A DNA stretch of 64,000 nt from contig OX597814.1 in NCBI GenBank assembly GCA_951406725.2, forward strand, positions 205,468,001-205,532,000, given 5' to 3'. Origin of the DNA: Octopus vulgaris (Eukaryota). Below the pieces are notes generated by a model. It ran no database searches. It was not told the DNA's origin and worked only from the letters and a program-made list of their open reading frames with translations. This document shows, one piece after another, positions 52,385-64,000 of the stretch (the first letter of the stretch is position 1; each line of letters starts with the position of its first letter). The translations under genes were made by a program, and so were the position numbers.

Positions 52385-52535
52385 TACATACATACATACA
52401 TACATACATACACACACACATACATTCATACATACATACACACACATACATACATACATACACATACATACATACACACACATACATACATACATACATA
52501 CATACACATACACATACACATACATACATACACAC

Positions 52536-52568
<33 letters not shown>

Positions 52569-52729
52569 TACATACATACATACATACATACATACACACA
52601 CACATACATTCATACATACATACACACACATACATACATACACACACACATACATACATACACACACATACATACATACATACATACATACACATACATA
52701 CATACACACACATACATACATATATACAT

Positions 52730-52762
<33 letters not shown>

Positions 52763-52835
52763 TACATACACACACATACATACACACATACACATACATT
52801 CATACATACACACACACATACATACATATATACAT

Positions 52836-52866
<31 letters not shown>

Positions 52867-52975
52867 TACATACATACATACACACACACATACATACATA
52901 CACACATACATACATACATACATACATACACACACACACATACATACATACATACATACATACATACATAGACAC
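52075..52975. repeat. ~900-bp mosaic (TACA)n/(CA)n microsatellite
   Basis: Direct reading. Confidence 0.95.
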
Positions 52976-53297
52976 ATGCATAGATATGAATATATATATA
53001 TATACACAAAGCAGTGTAAATCAGAACTGACATACATTTAAATATGACAAAGCCTTGCTGTGGGTGAACTAAAAATTTACATACATCCTTTGTTCCCTCA
53101 CAATAAGGCTCTGTAGGATTTAAGTATATATATGCTTATCTGGGTGCCTGACTGCATGCCTACTTGCCTGTCTGTCTAAATATGTATGTATATATATCAT
53201 GTATATATCTGTGTGTGTGTGTATATATATATACATATATATATTGCATATATGGTAAAGAAATATACATATAGAATATGTGGGTAGTGCATGTATG

Positions 53298-53332
<35 letters not shown>

Positions 53333-53337
53333 ATGTG

Positions 53338-53368
<31 letters not shown>

Positions 53369-53794
53369 ATACATACATACATTATATATATATATATAGG
53401 TCAGTGCATAACAACAGAAGGGTTACATTAGATGTTATCCAACAGCAAAATATCTTTATGGGACTTCGCTATCAAATTACATATTAGTTTCTTCTAAAAC
53501 ACACACACGCATATCTATGCATGTATAAAGCTTTGTTATTCTTTAACTTTATGCTCCACCCACCAGGTTTTGGTTTTTTGGTTTCTCTTTAAGAAAGAAT
53601 ATCTTTTAACTGAAATTCAACCATGAAATGTGGGAATTACTTGCATACTTTTACACTGTGTATTTTGAAATTCAGTATGTTCAAACTGTTTACATTTGTT
53701 CATATATTGTTTCGTCTCTCAGAAACCCCTGGTTTTCAAGACAACTTTTATAGCATTTTTAAACACAACCAACTTTACCAATGTGTGTTTATGT

Positions 53795-53837
<43 letters not shown>

Positions 53838-54219
53838 TATATTCATATGATTCATATTTTTAAGCGTTGATCGTAAACCTAATCCCGTTTCTCTATTATC
53901 TATATCGCCATGTTGTCAACATGGCTTCCTGTCTTTTCAATCCCTTCTTGCTTTCAGGGCCACCCTGTTATTCCATTCCCCAGAATTCCTTACAAAGTAC
54001 CCTCTCGCTCCCTCTCATTTAAATTATGTTTTACTCACCCCCCCAATCCCTAACTCCTTATAAACCAGTGTACGATTTATTTCGTCCCACTACTCGAGCT
54101 ACTTGCTGACAACACAGATCTCAGAAATATGACCAGCTAAGCGATCTTAACTTTTAACCTGTGTAATATTCCCTACGATTTATATTCACTTCGAGGCGCC
54201 TGCCCTCCCACCCCCTCCA

Positions 54220-54347
54220 CCAATACCGGAAGTTTCTACCTCTACCAATACCGGAAGTTTCTACCTCTACCGGAAGTTTCTACCTCTACCGGAAGTTTCT
54301 ACCTCTACCGGAAGTTTCTACCTCTACCAATACCGGAAGTTTCTAAC
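54220..54347 (+). promoter_or_regulatory. Tandem array of six CCGGAAGT (ETS/GABP consensus) motifs in LINE 5'UTR
   Basis: 19-25-bp units ccggaagtttctacctcta at 54226, 54251, 54270, 54289, 54308, 54333. Confidence 0.5.
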
Positions 54348-54595
54348 TCTCTCTTGACTCCCCCCCCCCCCCCGCGTATACATCCACTCGCACCCCTATG
54401 TCGGTTCTATTTGATCATATAGAGCAAAAACGGTGAAATGTATGCAGCTGTAGTCTCTCGCCCTCCACCAACACCGGTAGTTTTCTAACCCCGTCTTACT
54501 TTACTACCCCCCAACCGCACCCCCATGTAGGGTTTATTTGATCATATAGCGCAAAAACTGTGAAATGTATGCAGGTTATAGTCTAGTGTTTCAGT

Positions 54596-57500
54596 ATGAA
54601 ATCTGCCAAATGCAAGCTTTCTTTTCAGGTACATGACACGGCTGTCCCTCATCCCAGGGTCTCAGAGGCCCACACCTCCCACACCCTCAGAGTTGGCACA
54701 CTCAATGTTGGCACATTGAAAGGTAGGTCTGGAGAGATTGTTGAGCTGCTTGAACGGAGACGTGTGGATTTATGTTGCATCCAGGAAGTAAGGTGGAGAG
54801 GAGGTTCCGCTAGGCTCCTCACAGGCAAGGAACACAGGTACAAGATTTTTTGGGCAGGGAACACTGACGGGGTAGGGGGCGTGGGTATACTTCTTGCGGA
54901 GAAATGGGTAGATAAGGTAATCGAGGTAGTCAGAGTAAGTGATAGAGTACTTAAGATTAGATTAGTGCTTCACCATAGGTCAGCTACCATCATCTCGGCA
55001 TATGCCCCTCAACCAGGGCTACCTGAAGGACAGAAAGACCAATTCTATGACTCCCTATTGCGGACTACCTCGTTGACAAATGACAGTGACCTTCTCTTTG
55101 TGGCAGGTGATTTCAATGGACATGTTGGCCGGCATGTCGGGGGCTTCCATGGCGTTCATGGTGGCTATGGTTTTGGCTCTCGAAATGAGGAGGGAACCAG
55201 GCTGCTGGAGTTCTGCGATGCAAATGACCTTATGGTTTGCAATACCAATTTCAGGAAACCCACCTCTCACCTAGTCACCTACTGTTCTGGCAGACACACT
55301 AGTCAGATTGACTACATCCTCGCCAGAAAGAGGGAAAGAGGGCTGCTTATAAATGCCAAAACCTTTCCAGGCAAAGAATGTACTCCTCAACATAGATTAG
55401 TAGTTAGCGACATCAGGATCAGAGCTAAATGGTTGCCCATTGAGATTTAGAGACATACTACTCGAAGCCTTTGACGAAATAGAAGGGGATATAGCTTCAC
55501 TTAATGTGGAAGACAACTGGAGATTTCTACGGGACAATCTGCTGACAGCCACTGACCAGATCTGTGGATGGAGCAAAGTCCCGTCTCGACCCAGAGTAAC
55601 GTGGTGGTGGAACAATGTGGTGGACAGGGCTATTAGACAAAAGAAACAGGCTTGGAGGGACTGGAAGAACGGTGGTAGCAGGGAATTGTATCAGACAGCC
55701 AGAAGGGAAGCTAGGAGACAGGTTTATTTAGCCAGGGGGGAAGCGGATAAGAAAAAATTTGCCAATGTTCTGAGCCGTGAGGATGAAAGACTTGAGGTAT
55801 TTCGTGTTGCAAGACAGTGTGTGAGAGAGAATCGTGATGTGGTAGGAGAGAAGTGTGTTTGCATGGATGATGGTTCACTTGCGCTAAATGAGGATGCAAA
55901 AAGAGAGGTTTGGAGATGCCACTATGAAAGGTTGCTGAATAAAGAGAATGAATGGGATAAAGAGAGTCTGCCAAATGGTGACCCAACAGAGGGACCAGCT
56001 ATCCGAGTTGATAGTTCCGTGGTAGCTAAGGTAATTAGAAGCATGAAGACAGGGAAAGCCCCAGGCCCTTCAGGAATTACTGCAGAGATGCTCAAAACAT
56101 CTGGTAGTGTCGGCTATAGCCTAGTCACCCGTATAGTCAACCAGGTGATACACGAAGGAGTCATACCCAATGACTGGTGTAGCAGCATACTAGTCAACTG
56201 CTACAAAGGTAAGGGAGACGCCCTAGATACAAATAATTACAGAGGTATCAAGCTGTTAGATCAGGTAATGAAGGTTACGGAGAGGGTCATAGCCCAACTA
56301 ATTAGAGAGAGAGTTAGTTTAGATGAGATGCAGTTTGGGTTCGTGCCAGGGAAAAGTACTACTGATGCTATATTCCTGGTAAAGCAGCTGCAGGAGAAAT
56401 ACCTAGCCAAAGATAAGCCCCTGTACCTGGCTTTCGTTGACATGGAGAAAGCCTTTGATAGGGTCCCCCGATCCCTTATCTGGTGGTCAATGAGGAAACT
56501 AGGGATAGATGAATGGCTGGTGAGGGCTGTGCAAGCCATGTACAGAGATGCCGTAAGTAAGGTTAGGGTTGGCAACATGTACACAGAAGAATTTAAAGTA
56601 GAGGTTGGGGTCCACCAGGGTTCAGTACTCAGCCCCCTCCTATTTATCATAGTCCTCCAGGCAATTACGGAGGAATTCAAGACAGGTTGCCCCTGGGAGC
56701 TCCTCTATGCTGACGACCTTGCTCTAATTGCTGAGTCACTATCGGAACTGGAGGAGAAGTTCCAGGTGTGGAAGGAGGGTTTAGAATCGAGGGGCCTTAG
56801 AGTCAACCTAGCTAAAGCCAAAGTACTAATAAGTAGGAAGGTAGACAATCCACAAATGTCTTCAGGAAAATGGCCCTGCTCGATCTGTAGAAAAGGTGTA
56901 GGTAGAAACTCTATAAGATGTACCCAGTGTAAGCTATGGACACATAAGAGGTGCAGCAATGTCAAAGGTAGGCTAACTGGGAAGATAGTTTTTGTATGTG
57001 GCAGATGCTCGGGAGCATTAACCTCCGAAAATCTGCAGAAAACAACTTCCGTCACTTTCCAGGGGGAAAAACTAGAAGTAGTTGATAGCTTCCGTTATCT
57101 AGGTGACCAAGTCAGTCGTGGGGGTGGGTGCACTGAAAGTGTAACTGCTAGAATAAGAATAGCCTGGGCAAAGTTTAGGGAGCTCTTACCTCTGCTGGTG
57201 ACTAAAGGCCTCTCGCTCAGAGTAAAAGGCAGACTGTATGATGCATGTGTACGAACAGCCATGCTACATGGCAGTGAAACATGGGCCGTGACTGCTGAGG
57301 ACATGCGTAAGCTCGTGAGGAATGAAGCCAGTATGCTCCGATGGATGTGTAATGTCAGTGTACTTACTCGACAGAGCATTAGTACCTTGAGAGAAATGTT
57401 GTACCTAAGAAGCATCAGTTGTGGTGTGCAAGAGAGACGATTGCGCTGGTATGGTCATGTGGCGAGAATGGATGAAGATAGGTGTGTGAGAAAGTGCCAA

Positions 57501-57659
57501 TCCCTAGCAGTTGAGGGAGCCCGTGGAAGAGGTAGACCCAGGAAAACCTGGGATGAGGTGGTGAAGCACGACCTTCGAACTTTAGGCCTCACTGAGGAAA
57601 TGACCAGCGACCGAGACCTCTGGAAATATGCTGTACGTGAGAAGACCAGCCTCCACTGA
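54596..57659 (+). pseudogene. RTE ORF2: APE endonuclease + reverse transcriptase + PHD finger, frameshifted at ~55440
   Basis: TLNVGTL, IQEVRW, GDFNGH, SQIDYIL; QFGF, FVDMEKAFD, HQGSVLSPLLF, LLYADD, FRYLG, GRPRKTW. Confidence 0.95.
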
Positions 57660-58153
57660 GAAGCCTCCACTGGCTTCCGTGCCGGTGGCACGTAAAATAC
57701 ACCAATCCGACCGTATGACAGGCACCCATGCCAACCCCACTTTGCTTGCGAAGACATGTTGGGGCAAGCGAAAGCGAAATCGAATTGAACCAGCCAGGAT
57801 CCCTGGTCTGGTGGTACGTAAAAAGCACTATCCGACTCGTGGCCGATGCCAGCGTCGCCTCGACTGGCTTCCGTGCCGGTGGCACATAAAATACACCAAT
57901 CCGACCGTGGCCGTTGCCAGCCTCGCCTAGCACCTGTGCAGGTGGCACGTAAAAAGCACCCACTACACTCACGGAGTGGTTGGCGTTAGGAAGGGCATCC
58001 AGCTGTAGAAACATTGCCAGATAAGACTGGAGCCTGGTGCAGCCTTCTGGCTTCCCAGATCCCCGGTCGAACCGTCCAACCCATGCTAGCATGGAGAACG
58101 GACGTTAAACAATGATGATGATGATGATGATATATATATGTATGTATATATGC

Positions 58154-58213
<60 letters not shown>

Positions 58214-58228
58214 TATATCTATATATAC

Positions 58229-58298
<70 letters not shown>

Positions 58299-58571
58299 GT
58301 GCATGTTTTTGTGTATATTCATGTGTATGTGTATTTGTGTGTGCCCTTTTCATGACACCATGTGGGGTTGGTGATAGGAATAGCATCTGACCATAGAAAA
58401 TCTGCCTCAGTGAAATCTGTCTGACCAAAACAAGCATGGAAAATTGGAAAAGCAATGATTAGGATGATGGGGATGACAACTAGGATGAGGATGATAGTTG
58501 TATGTCAGTCTATATCATCAAACAAGTATTTAATCGTTTTGTTACCATATTTCTGTTGAAATTCACTGCTA

Positions 58572-58984
58572 TTACTCTTTACTCTTTTACTCCTTTACTT
58601 GTTTCAGCCATTTGACTGCAGCCATGCTGGAGCACCGCCGTTTGTCAAGGAAATCGACCCCAGGACTCATTCTTTGTAAGCCTAGTACTTATTCTATCGG
58701 TCTCTTATGCTTAACCGCTAAGTTACGGGGACATAAACACACCAGCATCAGTTGTCAAGCGATGTTGGGGGGACAAACACAGACACACAAACACACAGAC
58801 ATATATATACACATATATATGATGGGTTTCTTTCAGTTTCCGTCTACCAAATCCACTCACAAGGCTTTGGTCGGCCCGAGGCTATAGTAGAAGACACTTG
58901 CCCAAGGTGCTACGCAGTGGGACTGAACCTCGAACCATGTGGTTGGTAAGCAAGCTACTTACCACACAGCCACTCCTGTGCCTA
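58572..58984 (-). mobile_element. Major tRNA-SINE nested in a piggyBac-like MITE (58530-59168)
   Basis: Reverse complement of 45457-45900; flanks resemble 15135-15490. Confidence 0.85.
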
Positions 58985-59298
58985 ATTACTTCAATTAATT
59001 TTGCAAATAATGAAGAATTTGGTAGAATAAATTAATCAATATTAAGATGATGCTTGGAACATAACATGAAATTTCAATGAAAGGTTTCACTTTAAATCAC
59101 TTCAAAACAGAAATTTAGACTTGCAGAGACGGGTGCAGGCTCATGCTGATTAGTATTCAAAGGGTTAAAGAACTGAAAATATCTGTGACAATCCTCATTG
59201 CAACCCAATCCTCCTTGCAACCAGGTCATAAATTAGGTCAGAATATTAAATATCCATTAGTAAAGATTAATAAGGAATGATTATGACAATACAATTAC

Positions 59299-59421
59299 TT
59301 GGTTTGTTGTTACGTATTTCTTTAAATCTCTCGTCCATGTACAATGCCAAGAGTTTATGGCTGGGGCCAGGGCAGGACATTTCTGAGTTGTTTACTTTAC
59401 TTGTCACAGATACCAGGGTAC
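59299..59421 (-). CDS. Coding exon of host gene (TLVSVTSKVNNSEMSCPGPSHKLLALYMDERFKEIRNNKP), phase 1-1
   Basis: Acceptor ttttcttaccctttctttaaacag, donor GTAATT, 123 nt open. Confidence 0.75.
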
Positions 59422-59544
59422 CTGTTTAAAGAAAGGGTAAGAAAACAGGGGCAAATTTTAATTTTAAAGCCAAAATGATGAGTAAATATAAAACAATTTC
59501 TTTGAATCACACACACATGCATGCACACACATGTGCACACACAC

Positions 59545-60432
59545 TCTAGAATGTTCCTCTTGCCATTCAGTTACAACTTTAGCTGTGGGAATTGGTGCAT
59601 TATCATCATGAAAGATTGTGTTTCCCTCTGAAAACAGTTCTGCAACCATAGGATGAATTTGATCAGATAAAATGCTTAAATAGTCTTGACTATTAATTCT
59701 GCCATGAAGGGAAACCATTAAGCCAGCAGATTTCCAAGATATAGGACACCTCCCCCCCCCCAGATCATCACAGATCTTCCTCCATGTTTAATAGTTGGAA
59801 GAAGGCAGTCTGGCTCAAGTACTTCTTTTGGCTGTCTCTACAGGTATACTCGACCGGTGGTCAGAAATAAGGTAAAAGATAAGTTATCTGGGAAAATAAC
59901 ATTCTTCCATTGCTCTAGGGACCAACTCTGTAGGTTTTTATCCCACTCTAAACACTTTGCAACGTTTGTTTTTGAAAGTAGTGGTTTTCTGATTGCATTC
60001 CTCCCATGAAATCTGGCTTTGTGCAGCTCCTGGCGAACAGTTTTTGTGGAAAATGGGTTCTCGATGTGGTCATTAAGATCTACAGTAATTTTGGGAGCTG
60101 TACTTTTGTGATCCTTTCTAACAATTCGTATAAGAATCCGATGGTCCCTATCTGAAAGTTTTGGTTTTCTTCCAGAGTTTTGTTTTGATGAGGAGGTTTT
60201 TGCCTTTCTCAAAGGCTGTCATTACTTTTGAGACAGTACTTCTTGATACACCAAACATTTCGGCTCCAACAATTTGACCTCTGATAGATCTGTTATTATA
60301 ATGAATTTTAATTACCTTTTTCTGATCATATCTGAAAAGAAACAGCAATTTTAGCAAAACATATTAAGCAACACTAATAATAAATCAATCAAAATTATGA
60401 TAGGTGTTTCCATTATTTTGTCCAACCCATGT
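59545..60432 (-). mobile_element. Degraded Tc1 transposon
   Basis: FGVSRSTVSKV, SGRKPKLSDRD, RKPLLS, WKNVIF.D, FHDDNAP motifs; TIR catgggttggacaaaataatggaaacacc after TA. Confidence 0.85.
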
Positions 60433-60689
60433 ATATGCATACACTCATATAGGTAAACATATATATATATATATACTACATAAATTATGCATATTCATTC
60501 ATGTTAGATTTATGTTGATGCTTTTTATGCTGGCATGGGTTAGACAGGCTGATATTATTTAGGTACTGCTTACAGACACATTCACTCTCACTCATGGATA
60601 CATATGTGTTTTGTATATTGCATGAGTGTAAATATGTATGTGTGTGTACCTCTGTCTCTCCCTCTCTCTCACTATATATATATATATAT

Positions 60690-60825
60690 ACAGGGTGTCC
60701 CAGAAGTTGTGCAGGCATCCTGGTTTTTTAAAAGAATACACCCTTATTGATTTCAAAAACACTTTATTGAAATTAATTGTAACAAATGCTCAAATTGAGC
60801 ACCCTCTACAATAAAACATGCAGAA
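60690..60825 (-). mobile_element. Mariner-type 3' end
   Basis: TA-CAGGGTGTCCC TIR; ACFIVEGAQFEHLL C-terminus. Confidence 0.65.
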
Positions 60826-60914
60826 AAAAATCTAATAAAATAAAATGCTTTAATTATTTTAAATGAAAACTAGAATATTGCATGACTTCTTCTCTGGGTC
60901 TGTGAAGCCAGGGA

Positions 60915-61211
60915 CACCAGACAGAGCTGGCAACGGCCACGAACGGATGGTGCTTTTATGTGCCACCGGCACGAGGGCCAGGCGAGGCTGGCCGGACACG
61001 AAACGGGCGGTGCTGCAGTCGCAACGGAAAGTTCTCTTACGTGCCACCGGCACTGGTACACATCCGCAATTTCCATTGATCGATTTCGATTTGATATGTA
61101 TGTATGTATGTAATGTATGTATGTATGTATGTATGTATGTATGTATGTATGTATGTATGTATGTATGTATGTATGTATGTATGTATGTATGTATGTATGT
61201 ATGTATGTATG

Positions 61212-61261
<50 letters not shown>

Positions 61262-61449
61262 TGTATGTATGTATGTATGTATGTATGTATGTATGTATGT
61301 ATGTTCTCTCAGAGTGGTTGGAGTTAGGAAGGGCATTCAGCTGCAGAAACATTGCCAGATCAGATTGAAGCCTGGCTCTCCAGACCTCAGTCAAACCGTC
61401 CAACCCATGCCAGCATGGAAAACGGACGTTAAACGATGATGATGATGAT
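60915..61449. mobile_element. Head-to-head RTE 3'UTR segments separated by (TATG)n
   Basis: Minus segment ~60915-61092, plus tail 61304-61449. Confidence 0.75.
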
Positions 61450-61470
61450 ATATATATATGTATATGTATA

Positions 61471-61531
<61 letters not shown>

Positions 61532-62649
61532 GTCTATCTGTCTATCTATCTATCTATCTATCTCAGTTTCTCTCTCTCTCTCTCTCTTTCTGTATACACA
61601 CAAACATACACAGATATACACACACATACACACACACACACATATGTATGAACATGCGTACACACACACATGCAACAACAGGATTCCACACAGTTTCTTT
61701 CTACCATGTTAAATCACAGGCATTTTTTCAGCCAGGAGCACTAGTGAAAGACAATTATCCAAGGTGCTACAGCATGGGACACAATTCCAAATCGCATGGC
61801 TGTTAAGTTAGCTTCTTAACCACTGAACTGTCCCTGATGATACCATATGAAAAGTAGAATACACACTGAGTATATATTTATTTCTTTATTGCCCACAGGG
61901 GGCTAAACATAGAAAGGACAAACAAAGACAGACAAAGGGATTAAGTTAATTACATCGACCCCAGTGCATAACTGATACTTATTTAATCGACCCCGAAAGG
62001 ATGAAAGGCAAAGTCAACCTTGGTGGAATTTGAACTCAGAACGTAATGGCAGTCGAAATACTGCTAAGCATTTCACCTGGCATGCTAACGATTCTGCCAG
62101 CTTGCCACCCTGAATATATAGTTCCATCAGGTGTATGCAAAATTAAATATGCAAACCAATACACTCAGATGTATCTATACAGTAATAATGAAAGTTACTT
62201 TTTAATTAATTTGGAGCATGCAACTTTTACTAAAACAAAGCAATAGTTAAAGTCTCCACTGTGAAGAAAATTCTTTAAAATTGTAATTTTAGTATATAAT
62301 TTTTTTTACCAAACTGTGGTTTTGAAGATTTCAACTACAGAAGACTTATTTAAATTCACAAGATAATATCTTTTAGCACTGCAAAATAGCATTCCCTCTT
62401 TATATTTTCCCTCTCTCTTACTCTTCATGATACTACATTCTACAGACATATCAGTAAAAACATTTTTCACATTATAAGTTCAATCCAGGCTCCTTTCATA
62501 TTTGTTGGCTGCTTTTGAAAAAAAAAAGCAGTTTTAATTCTCTTACATCAGCTGTACCAAATATAAGCTTGTAGATATGATTATGTACAACAATTAATAT
62601 TCTGGAAAAATTTAAATTGAAAATATTCTACAGAAGAAAGATATTTTAC

Positions 62650-62731
62650 TAGAATTTAATGTTTGTTTTTCAGATTCATTCTCTTGATTCTGTTCTGTAT
62701 TGAAGAACTGTGTTAGATCACTGGAAGATTC
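62650..62731 (-). CDS. Coding exon of unidentified minus-strand host gene (ESSSDLTQFFNTEQNQENESEKQTLNS), phase 0-1
   Basis: Strong acceptor ctttgtcttctttttgcag, open 82-nt frame, weaker donor GTAAAA; phase matches the next exon. Confidence 0.65.
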
Positions 62732-63467
62732 CTGCAAAAAGAAGACAAAGAGATGGATGTCAAAATATGAGATGATGATTTAATAAAGTGAAGCAGTCTT
62801 AAAGTTATCATTTTTGAAAATTGATGCATTCCATCATGATTGAATTTATGTATTGTAAATCTGTTCCTGGGGAGACTGAGAGTCTTGTACAGAAAACTTT
62901 ACTTCTTAATGATACATCGAGTTCATCATCATCATCAGCAGCAGCAGCAGCAGCATTTTAACATCCACTTGTTTACATAGATTAAACAGAATTTATTAAG
63001 GTAGTTTTTCTTCAATGAGATGTGCTTCTTGTTGCTAACCCTCATTTGTTTCTCTGCAAGGGGATTTCTTCATGACTGGACACGTTTGCATTGGGAGATT
63101 GGAAATGAATGATACCATGCACATGCCACATTTACAATTCTAAGGCAACGGCAAGACAAAAAAGCATAGAGACATACACATGTCATACACACACACACAC
63201 ACGTACATACATAATACATACACGTGTATGTGTGTGTAAATTGGGATTCTTTCAGTTTCCATCCACCAAATCCATTCACAAGGCTTTGATCATGCTTGAT
63301 TTACTGTAGAAGACATTTGCTCAAGGTGGCTTTTTTAAAAATGAGTAACATCTGTGAAGTGGTTAACATTAGGAAGGGCATCAAGCTGCAAAAACCATTG
63401 GCATCCTTCAAACTGTCCAGCCCATACAAATGTGGAAGGTAGACATCAAAAGATGATGATGATGATG

Positions 63468-63517
<50 letters not shown>

Positions 63518-63595
63518 GTGTGAGCGCTATACAAATACATTTGTTTGTTTGTACTCCACTTGCCTTCGTCTTTTGTTTATTTTCGTAAACTTTCC

Positions 63596-63670
<75 letters not shown>

Positions 63671-64000
63671 CACAGACATGACAGAAGTAAATAGACACTC
63701 CATAAAACTTAGTTTTGCGTTTATTCTTACTTGTAAAGGTAAAGGTTTATAATTTTTATTAATTGATATTTTATGTTTCAAGTTCTTTATGTGACTGTTT
63801 AATCATGCCATGTACAAAAGAAGCCTTGGAACTGTCTGAATTTTAAAGAGGAAGTATTGTGGGTCATTCTGAAGGTGGACATAGTCAGTATAAAACCGCA
63901 GAAAATATTGGAATCCCACCTTCTACACTTAATAGAAGGATTGTGCAATTCATCAGAGAGGGGAAGGAGTCCACATCACCTCACCCAGATCAACCAGGGC
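63671..64000 (+). mobile_element. Tc1 transposon 5' end (truncated by window edge)
   Basis: TA-CACAGACATGACAGAAGTAAATAGACAC TIR-like end; ELSEF*RGSIVG..G.SQ..AE.IGIPPST HTH. Confidence 0.75.

Larger units (their letters stand above)
53860..58129 (+). mobile_element. Near full-length RTE-clade LINE (5' boundary approximate)
   Basis: 5'UTR with tandem repeats, APE+RT ORF, repeat-rich 3'UTR, (GAT)n tail. Confidence 0.9.

Noticed and set aside
51869-53041. Long ORFs of 200-320 aa (HTYI/MYVC repeats)
   Set aside because: Translations of a stop-free (TACA)n/(CA)n microsatellite in multiple frames on both strands
57660-57960. Repeat-spacer-like pattern resembling a CRISPR array
   Set aside because: Eukaryotic context, no cas genes, spacers are mutually similar; it is the RTE 3'UTR tandem module
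61828-61860. CTGATGA..GAAA hammerhead-like spacing
   Set aside because: No convincing stem I, II or III pairing

Overview
AT-rich, microsatellite-dense eukaryotic DNA. The SINE/RTE/Dong/Penelope repeat complement suggests an octopus (coleoid cephalopod) genome; this is an inference. The window is mostly introns of an unidentified minus-strand gene. I can trace a phase-consistent chain of five small coding exons (62731-62650, 59421-59299, 44106-43975, 39419-39249, 35072-34952), several less certain downstream exons, and an uninterrupted 877-codon Ser/Asn-rich ORF (14998-12365). The introns contain a near full-length RTE LINE (APE + RT + embedded PHD finger, one frameshift) and many truncated copies of its 3' end. 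They also hold R4/Dong-like LINE fragments in (TAA)n tracts, several tRNA-derived SINE families, Tc1/mariner, hAT and piggyBac-like remnants, and a Helitron nest. The most notable hidden signal is a set of candidate self-cleaving ribozymes. These are Penelope-type minimal hammerheads of two families (four copies, one inside a ~400-bp palindrome on the host-gene strand) and an HDV-like fold at the exact 5' end of an RTE-derived element. Most short ORFs in the track are microsatellite or repeat artefacts. All coordinates and folds were derived by eye.
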